DNA of 64,000 nucleotides from Neovahlkampfia damariscottae (Eukaryota): NCBI GenBank assembly GCA_016618085.1, contig JABLTG010000041.1, positions 1 to 64,000 of the forward strand, read 5' to 3'. Shown piece by piece: positions 50,531 to 62,738 of this stretch (position 1 is its first letter; each line of letters starts with the position of its first letter). The notes under the pieces were generated by a model. It saw only the letters and a program-made list of their open reading frames with translations, ran no database searches and was not told where the DNA came from. The position numbers and the translations under genes were made by a program.

Positions 50531-52321
50531 TTACAATTCTAAATAAGCACTGCCTAACAATTCTCTTTTTTGTTGAAAATTGATATAATCAAAGGAAAGT
50601 ATCATTCTGGAATAAGTATCTGTCAAGTTTTCCAACACTTTGGATTCTATTGGATCGAATAAACTGTCATCATATTGTTCATTTTTAATTTTTTTTGTTA
50701 ATTCTTTCAGATTTTTACCATCAATATTCACTTCGAATTTTGATTGAAAACCATTGAAATAACTCTTAAACATTTCTTTTGATAATTTCTTTCGATCTTC
50801 AAATTTTTCTAATTTTTGATATTTCAAAATATCTAAATAGCACTCAACATTTTCAACTGAAAATTCATTCTTTGCAAATTCACAGAAAATTTGAAGCAAT
50901 TCTTCATTTTTCATGATTATCTTCATTTCATTTAGATTTTCATCTTTCTGATTTTTCATCAAATTCATAAAATATTTCATTATCGTGATAGACAGTATCA
51001 TTCCAATTAATTGAAAAAAGAAAATAGCTTCTACCAAATACAATACAAAAAAATGAACCCAAAGTGTTTCATAAAAAAAATAATATAATGAAAATGCACA
51101 AATTAATAAAATTTGAAGGTCAAATATCCCAACATAATACTGAAATCTGAATAATAAAACATCTTCTTTCCAAATTTGTTTTGCAATCCTTACTGGGTTG
51201 CAATGATATTTTCCATCTTTTTTGTCATATAAACACCGTGAAAAGAATCCATATATTTCAAAAATGAATCCTAAAAACACAAAAATCAAATTTCCAGTAT
51301 TGAAAGCGTACAACAAAGAAATTACATAAATTGGAGTAAACACATTAAAAACTAATCCCAATGACAAAGCACAGATGTAAAATGTGTATTGAAATGCCAA
51401 AAAAAATACAATAAAAAATGGATTTGTGACTACTTTTAAAATTTTAAAAAGCAATTTTGTTTTTTTCTGTTTCTGCCCAATGAATTCAATTTTTTGGTAT
51501 TTCAAAAAATTCAAAAAAACAAAATGAAAATAACTCAATGGAATTGATGAAATTAAACAAAATAAAACTTCTGAAGTGAGGTATGCATAAATTGTTGGCT
51601 GCATATATTCATACCATCTTAAAGGTACAAAAAATCGATAAGTTTGTGAAATATAGTAAATAAAAAAAAATAGACTTGCAACTATTGGAAGTGCTCCTCT
51701 TGATTTCAATGGTTGATGATTACGAAATATGAAACAAAGTATAATAATAATCAAATAAAATAAAACTTTGGGTATAAAAAATGCTGGATGATAAAATTCA
51801 ACATTATGAATAAATTCCTGTATAATTTGATTTCCACTATAGGTCTTATTCAAATCAAAATGAATGGTTTCAGAATCTTCAATTGGTGGCAAGTTAAAAG
51901 TTGTGTTAAAAATTGGTTGTGTATTTTCATTGACACCAGCAGTTATAAAAACTTTTTTTTCAATTATATATGGTTTTAAAGTTGTTAAATTAAGTGTTGC
52001 CTCGAATTTTGTGAGATCATAACTCCAAGTTTGTTTTGGTTGTACAAGAATTAAATCACTAGTTTTTCTTTGATTTTCTGAAGAAATTGCCAATATTTTA
52101 TCTTCTTGTTGAAATATATGGAAACTTAAATACCTAGTACTGTTTTTATCTTGGTGGAATTTTATGTATTGAAATCCAAAATTTGTTTTTGAAATGATTG
52201 TAAATTTGAATTCAGTTTTATCTTCAGTGACACCCATTGTTGAACTGAAATTTGGATAAGAAGCAAAAACATGCATTCCAAGGAATAAAAATAACAAAAA
52301 TATCAGTGTTCTTCGCTTCAT
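50531..52321 (-). CDS. 7TM-RGS protein (signal peptide, ectodomain, ~7 TM, C-terminal RGS)
   Basis: QPLKSRG after TM1; FCEFAKNEFSVENV...EVNID...NLTDTYSR; start MKRRT at 52321. Confidence 0.85.
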   Translation of the reverse strand: MKRRTLIFLLFLFLGMHVFASYPNFSSTMGVTEDKTEFKFTIISKTNFGFQYIKFHQDKNSTRYLSFHIFQQEDKILAISSENQRKTSDLILVQPKQTWSYDLTKFEATLNLTTLKPYIIEKKVFITAGVNENTQPIFNTTFNLPPIEDSETIHFDLNKTYSGNQIIQEFIHNVEFYHPAFFIPKVLFYLIIIILCFIFRNHQPLKSRGALPIVASLFFFIYYISQTYRFFVPLRWYEYMQPTIYAYLTSEVLFCLISSIPLSYFHFVFLNFLKYQKIEFIGQKQKKTKLLFKILKVVTNPFFIVFFLAFQYTFYICALSLGLVFNVFTPIYVISLLYAFNTGNLIFVFLGFIFEIYGFFSRCLYDKKDGKYHCNPVRIAKQIWKEDVLLFRFQYYVGIFDLQILLICAFSLYYFFYETLWVHFFVLYLVEAIFFFQLIGMILSITIMKYFMNLMKNQKDENLNEMKIIMKNEELLQIFCEFAKNEFSVENVECYLDILKYQKLEKFEDRKKLSKEMFKSYFNGFQSKFEVNIDGKNLKELTKKIKNEQYDDSLFDPIESKVLENLTDTYSRMILSFDYINFQQKRELLGSAYLEL

Positions 52322-52467
52322 CAAGTCGGTAAATTTTTTTGATTTGATTGGTTCAACCAAATTGAACAATTTTTATTTAATACACAATTTGTGAATAAAT
52401 TAACTTTAAAAAACCTCATTTGATTGATGGATTGTTGTATTACAGTCAAAATTCAAGAATTTTTTTT

Positions 52468-53196
52468 TTAGAATTTCTGCAAAAAGTTTTGGAAGCTTGA
52501 ACCATAATCTACATCATTTTTTGGCACTTCATTCTGATTTTTGTTTATCTTTACATCTTTTTCTTCATTAAAAATTACATTATCAAATTGATAAGGATCA
52601 AATGGTTGCAATGAAGGTTCAAGTCCAATTCCAAAAGGATCTTCAAATATTTTTTCTTTTCCTTTAAACACACTCATTACACGATCATTATAAACCATTC
52701 TTTGAATTTTTTTATATTCAAAATTTTCTAAATCTTCGGGTATATTTGGTTGAATATCTCTTCGATCCAAAAAATATTCTGAGAGAAATTCTAAACTTTT
52801 TTTTGTTTGAAATTCTCTTTTTTCAGAATCTTTCAACAAGTTTTCAATTTCTTCTTCTAAAAATTCTTGAAAATTCTTTTGTTTTGATGTTTTATATTTG
52901 GTCAATAATTCATCAAAGTACTTGGGGTTTTGCTGGATTTTTAAATTCATTTCAGCTTCTAATTTTTTTTTTGTTTTTAGTTTTTCATTTTTTAGTAAAT
53001 TTCTGACGTCAGCAACATAGTGGTTTGATAATTCTAAAGGGTTTATATTTTTTTCATTTGGAATCATCCTTGGTAGTTTTTTGTTTTCTGTTTCTTTGTA
53101 TTCAGGTTGGAATTTCATTTGAAATCTATCTTTTTCTTTCTTTTCTTTTCTCAATTCCGTCACTAAATCCCATAGTTCTGTTGTTTGATAATTCAT
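52468..53196 (-). CDS. Hypothetical protein
   Basis: Long ORF with CCAAT directly upstream; no recognised domain. Confidence 0.55.
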   Translation of the reverse strand: MNYQTTELWDLVTELRKEKKEKDRFQMKFQPEYKETENKKLPRMIPNEKNINPLELSNHYVADVRNLLKNEKLKTKKKLEAEMNLKIQQNPKYFDELLTKYKTSKQKNFQEFLEEEIENLLKDSEKREFQTKKSLEFLSEYFLDRRDIQPNIPEDLENFEYKKIQRMVYNDRVMSVFKGKEKIFEDPFGIGLEPSLQPFDPYQFDNVIFNEEKDVKINKNQNEVPKNDVDYGSSFQNFLQKF

Positions 53197-53368
53197 CAAA
53201 TTGTCCAATCAAAATTTTGAATTATTAAAAATTATATTTTTTTTTAAAATCAGAAAATAAATTGTCCAGAACTTCGATTTTGTTTTTATTTGTAGATGGA
53301 TCCTCCAATCAGATTCTCCAACCAATCATCTTTATCTTTTATCTCAACGTGAACAACTTTCCGAACTC
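53197..53368. promoter_or_regulatory. Bidirectional promoter with three CCAATC boxes
   Basis: CCAATC at ~53206, ~53305 and ~53319, between divergent genes. Confidence 0.6.
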
Positions 53369-54026
53369 ATGGAGACTTCATTTGTTTCATACACAAAATC
53401 TGTGAACTGTCACAGTTACAATAACTTAGATCCAAACTCACAAGTTAGAGAAAGGATTTCATTTTATATCAGTCCTTTATCAAGGTGTGTGAAACATGAG
53501 TGGTTGGGGTAACACTGGTAAAAATTTAAAGGATTTAGGGTACTTATGGAGGTAAATAAACATCAAAAATTCATTTTTTAGACCCAATGAAACGTTGTTT
53601 CAAAATATCCATAACAACATAAGTTTTTTTGAAAATTCTGCTTTTATAAAGAGCTCTATTGGAGAAAAACTTGTGGAAAAAGATTCTTTCATTGTTTTTT
53701 ATGATGTTCTTTGTGATTCAAATCATTTATTATGTCGTCATATTGCTATAATCAACCCATCAACAAAACAAATTTTTATGGAAGAACCGGTAAATATATC
53801 AAAAGAATCACTTGTCAATCTATTAGATATACTGTATTCAATGGAATATGAAACATGTTATGTTCTAATTGAAAAAAAAAATCACAGTAAGAACAATCAA
53901 AATTTAATTTTTTTTTTTTTTTTAGAACCGGAAAAATTAAGAACACTGATGTCTCAAGGATTTTCAATTGTTCATCCAAATGTCAAAAAAGTACCAAATT
54001 ACATAGTAATGGGTTTGGAATTATAA
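53369..54026 (+). CDS. OAZ: Ornithine decarboxylase antizyme (ORF1 plus +1-frame ORF2)
   Basis: ORF2 has SKESLVNLLD...CYVLIEK...LRTLMSQGFSIVHP..YIVMGLEL; ORF1 53369-53512 ends TGG TTG GGG TAA; introns 53552-53581 and 53887-53925. Confidence 0.85.
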
Positions 54027-54172
54027 AGTATTTTAAAATAAAATAAAAGAATTTTTTTTAATCAATTCGAATTTTTCTGAACACTTAGAACTTTCCTCTC
54101 AATTTTTTTTTTGAATGACAATTCTAAATGTCGGTTGATTGGAAGGTTGAGTTGATTGGTTCATTTCATTCA

Positions 54173-55613
54173 ATGGAAGAAGTTGATCCAATTTATGAAG
54201 AAGAAGTCGTTAATGTCGAATCTGTAAAAAAATTAGAAGACGAAGAAGCAGAAAAAGATCAAAATCCTTCTTCTATCAGAAATATTATAGCTTTTGCAAT
54301 TTTGGGTTTGTTGAATAATTTCTATTATGTCGTTTTTCTTTCAGCCGCTGAAGACTTATCAAAAGAATGTACTGGGTGTATATTATTAGCAAATATTATA
54401 CCAAGTTTAGCGGTTGGTCTAGTTGCTCCATTTTTCATGCATTTCATGTAAAGAACGACTAAAATTCAGATCTTATTTTTTATTTAGTCCTTATGATATT
54501 AGAATTGGTTTCTGTTGTCTTTTTTCCATCATGTCTATTCAAGTTTCTTTTTAATTTTTTTTTTACTTTTACAGTTTGTGGCTTGGTTTGATTCTTTCTG
54601 GTTGAAATTAGTTGGTATTGTATTAGCTGCCATAGCAACCGGTTTTGGTGAGATTGTCTTTTTGGCTATGGTTTCTTTTTACAACAAGTAAAAATTTAAA
54701 ATATTTAAAAATTTCGAAAGAGATGTAATGTCAGGATGGGGTATTGGAACAGGTGGTGCTGGTATTTTTGGATCATTAGCTTATCTAGCATTGAAAGGAT
54801 GGTTAGGATTAACTCAATTTTGGACATTACAAGTGATAAGTCCACTTCCATTAATTTTATTTGGAACAACACTTTTTGGATTGACTGGAGAACATCATGC
54901 TGCAGGTTATTTCCGTATAACTAAATTCGAAAAAAAAACAAAAGAAATTGTTGAAACTGAAGAAGAAAAACCAAAAAAAAAATTTGGTTTTCTTCAACAA
55001 CTCATTCATCTCAAAGTCTGAAATAATTTTCTTTAACTTTTAAACAGAATTTAATTCCATATATGGCACCTTTATTTTTAGTGTATATTGCAGAATATTT
55101 AATTAACTCAGGTGTATTAGCAGCTTTGAAATTTCCAAATGCACCAAAAGCAATCCATGAAGATATCCAATATGTTTATTATCAATTTTTGTATCAAATT
55201 GGTGTATTTATCAGTAGATCTTCAATTAGTTTCATAAGATTAGAAAGTAATTTTGACTTGAAATTTATTCTTTTTTGTAGATATTTGGTTACAATCTATT
55301 ATTCAATGTTGCATTTTTGTTTATTTATTCTTTGATGCTTTATTTAGAATTACACCAAATATTGGTATAATTTTTGCGATTATTTTATTTGAAGGACTTT
55401 TAGGAGGTTCAACTTATGTTAATGCTTATTATCGAATTACACAAGAAATTGAAGAAGAAAAGAGAGAATATTCCATGAGTATGACTTCATTAGCATGTAC
55501 TGTCGGTATTTCAATGGGTAAAAGAAAACATAATATTAAACTTTTTAGCTGGAGTTCTTTCGATTCCATTGTTGCCTTTTCTCAGAGAACATCAAGTTAG
55601 ATTTCACAAATAA
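54173..55613 (+). CDS. CLN3: Battenin / CLN3 (Btn1), multi-exon
   Basis: LGLLNNFYYVVFLSAAEDL, GTGGAG, LVYIAEYLINSG, YQIGVFISRSS, FEGLLGG.TYVN. Confidence 0.92.
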
Positions 55614-55744
55614 CATTTAAATAAATTTTTACTACTTTAGGATCCTGAATGTCAACTTTCACAAAAACTCTGAATACCTTCATAACTCTCCAGCATTTAA
55701 GTTCAAAAAAAGGAAAATAATTATAATTTAATTAAATTATATCT

Positions 55745-58542
55745 TTATTCAACATACAATTCAGTATCAATTTTTACATCTTCAAAATTGATTTTTTCAT
55801 TTTTCAAAATAAAATTTAATTTTCTTTTCATTTTCATTGCTTGTTTATTTTTTGATTTACAATTTATCACAGAGTTATTTGAATAATACTTTTCAAATCT
55901 AATATTCTTAAATACAAATTCGAAAAATTCAAATTCAAGTTTTCTTGAGAATAAGGTGACAAGGAAAATTCTCAATTTCACTAAACATAATGTTTTGTAA
56001 TTAGAATTTTGTAAATGTTCAAGACGAACTTTAATATCAACTCTATTGTAAATTTCCATCAATTCTTCATTTGTTTGATAATTCACATCTTCTTCATCCG
56101 AATTAACAGTTTCATTCAAAACAAATTTCACAACCTCCCAAGGTTTAAAAGAATCAGTTTCCAATTCAAAATAAAAAATCCATTCCATTAAAGGAAGAAG
56201 ATGAGTTTCAAAAGATTCTTGAATCAATTTAGTATCCAATGCATCTTCTTCAAAAATATCCAACTTTTAAAAAATATTAAAAATTGAAATCAAAATTCTT
56301 ACTAATCTATCATAAATATCTTCAAATTTTTCAATAATCTCCGACTCATTCATCCCAAAAGTATTCAATTTTTCCTTTTTGATGATTGTATCTTCATTGA
56401 TTTGTTCAACTTCTTCTGGTGATTCAGCAACAACATTTTCAATTTCTAATTCTTGATTCATTTCAACTTGATCCAATTCTTCATATTTCTTGAATTGTTC
56501 ATTTGGACATTTTCTTTTCAATTCAAGTGACAAATATTCAATGATATCATTAAATGTTGAAACATCTTCAATCTCTAAATCAATATTATAAATATCATAT
56601 TCATAATTCTCTTCATCATAATGTTTTTTGAAATCATTAAATCTAATTAACAAATTAACAAGTTTAAAACCACTTTTAGTTGAATATAAATCAATCCAAA
56701 AATGTAAAATAAAAAGAAAAATTGATTTGAAATTTGGATAATTTCTACTAATTTCATTGACTAAATTAATTCTTTGATTTTGTAATCCTTCAAGAAGTGT
56801 TATATTTTCTTGTTTGTATCCAAGTGATTTTGAATCATTAACTTGATTTTCTAAAATGACTAAAATATTATTTTTGAATTTGAATTCTTGATCTAATTCA
56901 TCAATTGTTTCTTGTGCTTTTTTTAATAATTCTTTCAAATCATCCTTGTATTCATCACATAAATTGATAAATTTCTTAATCAAATTTCTGTTTCTTTTTT
57001 CTAAATAGAATTTCAAATTACCCTCTAATTCCATTCTTCTATTCAATTTTTTCATCATCATTTTAGTTTCTTCATGAAATTTATTTGCTCCCCTATGAAT
57101 TGAGTTACTAACTTTCCTGACATCTTTGACATGATCAATATGAACTTTCAATTGTTTCTCAATGATTTCAATGTGATTTTTATCATAACCTTCTTTTTTC
57201 ATTTTCTCATAGGTATAATTTGTATAATCTTTGAAATCTTTGACCATTTTATTTTTAATAGTGGTTGAATCCAAAATTTGAAAAATGAAAATTTTGAAAT
57301 ATTGAATATCTTCTGTACTATTCATTTTCAATTGAATACGATCTCTTTTAGTATCCAAAAGAACATCTGTAGAGTATAACATGAATTTAAATGTATTTTT
57401 GTATTCAATTTCATTTTCTTTAAATAAAATTTTGGCATCTAATTTCCCAGTTGTATAAATCTTGATTTGATAAAAACCAGTTTCAAAATCAGAAAGTAGC
57501 ATTGAAATTTTATATTCTTCATTCTTCTTGGATAAGATAATTTCTTGATTATAAACAATTTCACATTGTTGATCAATGGTAAAAATGATTTTTTGTTCAT
57601 TTTTTTGATCTTTCTGTTTTAAGACATCTTCAAACATTAAATCTTCTTGAGATCGAATATAATTAATTGATATTTTTAATAAAAACTCATTTTGTTGTTG
57701 ATAGTTTCCAATGACTTTAAATATTTTGTCTAAAGATGTTTCATCATTTGACCATGTGATTTTTTTATCTATTAATGTGCATTCAAAAATATCATCAGAT
57801 TTGATTTCAAAGAGTTCAATTATCACTTCTATTGGTGTTGTTTTATCTTCTTCTCTTTGCAATTTCATCAAATGCTCTTTTTAAAAAAATGTTAATTTTT
57901 AAAGTTGTTTTTACTTCCTGTTGGCAGATATGAATAGAAAATCAATCCATCAGAATATAAATATCCTTCATTTTTATCTACATTGACTTTATTTGCCAAA
58001 TTTAATTTCTGTAAAGAATCAAAAGTTTGCAGATGAAATTGTTTTCTTTTCAGAAAAGTTTCATAATTCATTGGCTCTGAGACATCATCTGTGAAGCTTT
58101 CAATATGTTTTGACATGTTTTGTAAATTTGAAAGTGCTCCTGAAAAAAGTAAGTCCTCTTCAGAAATTTCCATCTCTACAGCATTTTTGGGTGATTTAGG
58201 TGATACTAAAGGACTTGGAGTTCTTGAAATTTGATCTTTTGTGACGGATGCTGTACCTAAAACAGTTCCTGCTCGAGTTTTTTTTCCTTCTTTTTTTCCA
58301 CCTAAGGTTAGCGAAAAACTTTCACGAATTTTAGCCATTCTGTCTTTTTTTTCTGGTACTACGTTTATAGTTGGCGAGCTCAAAGGAATCTTTCTTGGGT
58401 CTCTAATCGTGGACTCAGACCTGCTTTTATTTGAATCTTTTTTGATAGTCTCTTCCGACTCTCGCTGGATGCCCATCACTGTATTTGTTCTAATAGCTCT
58501 TTTATCCTCATTTTTTTTATTGAATATTTTTTTCAAAAACAT
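55745..58542 (-). CDS. Large multi-exon coiled-coil protein with possible C-terminal RUN-like domain
   Basis: Three ORFs separated by intron-like gaps; LMEWIF..PWEVV..KLRIFL..EKYY pattern; exact 3' end uncertain. Confidence 0.5.
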
Positions 58543-58633
58543 CAAAGCACTTGTCGTTTTGTTGGAAAGTTAAAAATTGACCAATAAAATTGAACTAGAA
58601 GCACCAAAAAATATTACTCTTTTTATCGAAATT

Positions 58634-59620
58634 TTATTTTTTCTCTATTTGATGAACAAATGAAGTTGTATGTTTTCTTCTTTGTCTTCTATTTTTTTGA
58701 ACTTGAGAAATAAAATCGTCAGTCTCCAAATCTTTGACTTCAAATGAAGAAGAGCGTAATGGTTGTTTATCGTCTAATATATCCAAAGAAGTAGGAACTT
58801 TATGTATTCGTACTTTTTGAATTGGTTTAGTTTCGAATAATAATTTATATTCTTCAATAAAAATAGTCATGATGATTCTAATATCTTTTAAAACTTTCAT
58901 ACTCATTTGAGATCTTTTTTGAGCTTCTTTTTGTACCGCCATAATTTCTTCCATTGAAAGATTTTGATCCATTGGAACGACTTCATCTTCTGGTTCTTTA
59001 ATTTGTATACCTATTGGATGATTAAATTAATATATTTTTACTTGGAGCAAAAACCATTGCAAGATTTTCTGCAGACATTTTATTTTCTTCACTCATTTTT
59101 GAAACTTTTTTCAAAAAACCGCATAATAATTTTAATAACTGAAAGTTTTCTTTTGGTAATTGAAATAATAAATAATGAAGTTCCTTCAATCTTGAATTCT
59201 TATCTTGAATCCCTTTAAAAAATAATTAAAAAAAAAATTTAAAGAAAAACTTGAAGTGAGAAGAAATTCATCATATAAACTTGTTGTGATAAGAGGTTCT
59301 CCCAATTCATTAAAGTACAGTTTTATGATAGCGGCCACTGTTGTTGGATATTCTTTTGAACAATCATATTTTTCTTCACCATCATTTAGTTCTTGTTTAA
59401 TTCTTTTGACTGATTTTGCATCACCTGGTATCCTAAAAATACCTTCCATATCCAAATAATCTTTTTCTAAATACTCAAAAGATAATTTCAAGAAAAGTGG
59501 AATTTCTTTTGGGCAACCACGTCCAAAACAATACTGTGGTTTTTCCACCTAAAATTATAAATATTGCATTGTGCTTACTTCTTTCTTTTTGAACAGTGCC
59601 ATCGTTAGAGAACGAGACAT
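58634..59620 (-). CDS. RhoGAP domain protein
   Basis: EGIFRIPG (arginine finger), VAAIIKLYFNEL.EPL, NKMSAENLAMVFAP. Confidence 0.85.
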
Positions 59621-59888
59621 TTTTTTTTGAGATGGTGATGCTATTGGACAAAAAAAATTCTTGTTTTTCTGAACAGAAAAATATGTAATTTTTTGTTTTT
59701 ACATGAATAGATGGGTTTGTTCGTTCAAAATAGTATTTACTGTCATGTCATTCAAAAAAAACCATCCAATCAAACAATATTATCTGAACGAAAAAGAAAA
59801 AGGTTAAAACAACAATGCTTCAACAATTCTGTCAACACTTCAATTCTAAATTTATCTTTTAATTTTCCTCCAATCACTATTTTTCCTC

Positions 59889-60411
59889 ATGGACAAAGAA
59901 CAAACTTACAAAAAACTATTAGAGGAAATTGAAAGTCTTTTGACGTATGAATCCAACTTCATCGCAAATTTATCAAATATTTCTTCATTAATGTTCTGGA
60001 CATTGAATGAAAACTTCAATAATTACATCAATTGGTTTGGGTTTTACTTAATTGATAAAAAAAATGAAAAGCAATTAATTTTAGGTCCTTTTCATGGAAG
60101 AATTGCATGCACAAGGATTAAAGTTGGTAAAGGAGTTTGTGGAACCTGTATCTCAGAAGAGAAAGTTATGATTGTTCCTGATGTTCATCAATTCAAAGGA
60201 CACATAGCATGTGATTCAAAAAGCAACTCCGAGAGTAAAACAACTTGTTTTCTAAAATATTTTACTGATAGTTTGTGTACCTTTATATTTAAAAAAAGAA
60301 CTTGTTGGCTTGATTGATGTTGACAGTGTAAATTTTGATGCTTTTGATGAAATTGATTCAACTTATTTACAAAAAGTTTCACAATTAATTTCAAAGTATT
60401 CTTCTGAATAA
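59889..60411 (+). CDS. msrC: GAF-domain free methionine-R-sulfoxide reductase
   Basis: NWFGFY, LGPFHGRIACTRI..GKGVCG, VPDVHQFKGHIACD..SNSE|, IDVDS; one intron. Confidence 0.9.
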
Positions 60412-60422
60412 ACAAGTTTTAT

Positions 60423-62691
60423 TTAAAAATCTTTCACATATTTTCTCATTTCGTAAATAATAAATTGAGGTGAAACAAGTGATGATCTGAATGGTGGATT
60501 TTGATAACATAATTTTACAATTTTGTGTAATTTATCATAATAGTCAACTAAAATAGACCATGAATTTTGTAAAATTTCCATTCCCATATCAAAATTTCTG
60601 AAGAATTTTATCATATTTGAGTGCATTTGTCCTAGTGATTGTTTCCAATTTTTTTCAAATGTTTTGATCAATTCCTCCAAAGAATTTGAATCAATTTTTG
60701 AAAAGTTTTGAACAATTGATTTCTTTTCATCAACAATTAATTCTGTTTGATCAACATAAGAGATTAAATAACCAAAATAATTCTTCAATTCATCTTGAAC
60801 AAATTGTTGTACAATTTCTTGAAGTTGTACTTTGAAATAAGATAAATCAGAACATTCAAGTTTATTTCTTATCAAATTCATTCTGATAATATCATAGGAA
60901 TTGATTAAATAAACCATTTTCTTTGTCTTATGTGGATTTAATTCGGAAATTGATTTTAACAATTCATCAAATGGTTTTCGAAGTAATTCCATATGTCCTT
61001 CAATATGTTTCTTCAATGTATCATCTTTATTCAACTGAACAATTGAAGTTGTCAAAATTGAATATCTTTTTGGTAAATCATTTGAATCAAATTCTGTTTT
61101 TACAAGTTTTTGTAAATTTGCTTCTTTTATTGATTGTGCATTTAAATCTAATAGAGATTTGAATTTGGAAAACAATAACAAGGAAACTTCTTCAAAATAA
61201 TCATTCAAACCTAAAACTCCTCTTTTGTTCAATGCAACTTCTAATTGGCGTAAAACTCTGATCATTATCAGAACACCTAAAATATCAAAAGATGTATTAC
61301 AAAAAACATTCCAAGTTCGAACTAATGTTGATGTAATCTTTGCAAATATTTCAGTAAACAAAGTTACATCTTCAAAAAAATCTTGCAAAAATAAATATTC
61401 TCCATTTCCAATTTGTGTCAAATAAACATTCAAACTTTTAAATATAATATCATATGTATATGTTCTTCCTTTATGTTTTGATAGTGTCTTTGGAAAAATA
61501 ATTCCATATTTTGAGTCATCAGCCACTTTGTATCTATCACCTAAAAGCATAACTTTAAAAAAGTGAGGAATTTGATATTTCAGTTTTACCATTGTGTTTG
61601 TTCTTATTTGAGAAAATAGATGTTGATTCTGCTTCAATGATTAAATCTGGTGTTTTTGCAATTTTATCTTCACATTTTAATAAATCACAACGATGTGCGT
61701 AAATATGTGAATAGTAAATATTGGATATTGAATCAACATATAAAGTACAAAGTTCTTTTGATATTTCAGGTGCATGTTTTGATAAAAATTTAAAAAAATA
61801 CTTGTACTTCAATAAACCTTCTTGAATTTCTTTGACGCTTGCTTTTGGTTTTTTAAACTCCGAAAATTCTTTCATCAAAAATTTTTTTAATTTATCGATT
61901 AATGTGCTAAAAATTTTTAGTTTCCTTTTTTTTTTTTTACTTTCTCAAATTGTCTAAATGAGGTTTCATTTGGTTGGCTGCAACTGCTGAAGTGAATTTT
62001 AATTTTTCTTGAAAATCTATTTTCTTATCCATTTCAACTAAAAATTCCACATACTTTTCATCCACCGGAGAGTTATATATTTTTCTATTTTTGAAACAAA
62101 TTTAATTTTTGTCTTCTTACTTAATCAAATCATCTGAAATGTAAACTTGTTCAACAAAATTTGAAAGTGATTTTGATGCTCCTTTTCTATTGTTTAACTG
62201 AATGTTCATGGTGTATGATCTTTCTTGAAGTGTTTTAATTGATTCTGAAAGATTTCCAATATTAGTTTGAAAGTCATGTAAAATGCTTTCCATATTTTCT
62301 AAAATAAAATCACATTCTTGTATTTTTTCATATAAATCAGCTAATCTCTCACTTTCTTGTAAATCTAAAAAAGTTATTCTTTTTTTTTTTTTTACAGTCT
62401 TTTATGGAGTCTTCTTCAACTTGAATTAATTCTTCTTCGATTTGTTTTGAATGTTCTCTTATATCAATTCCTTTTTGAGTGGCATCTGAAATTAATTTAT
62501 CTTGTTCAATGTAATTCAGTCCTTCTGTAGAACAAATAAAAATTTAGACCTCAATAATTCAGTTTACCATTCATTTCATCCCAATCTATTTCATCAGTGG
62601 TCATGTCTAAATCATCCACATCATACTCAAATTCTACAGGTTTTTCCTTAGTCCGAGAACTTTTGTGTTCTTCAGCATCAAACAGAGACAT
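60423..62691 (-). CDS. VPS52: GARP/EARP complex subunit Vps52, multi-exon
   Basis: FQTNIGNLSESIKTLQERS..MNIQLNNR, LLKYKYFFKFL, EYLFLQDFF, YLINSYD. Confidence 0.85.
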
Positions 62692-62738
62692 GATTTCCTT
62701 GGATAAAAATTTAATTGACCAATAAAAAACGAATTATT

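Noticed and set aside
61555..61637. Apparent frameshift between Vps52 ORFs (likewise other overlapping ORF pairs)
   Set aside because: Explained by short GT-AG introns, not recoding.
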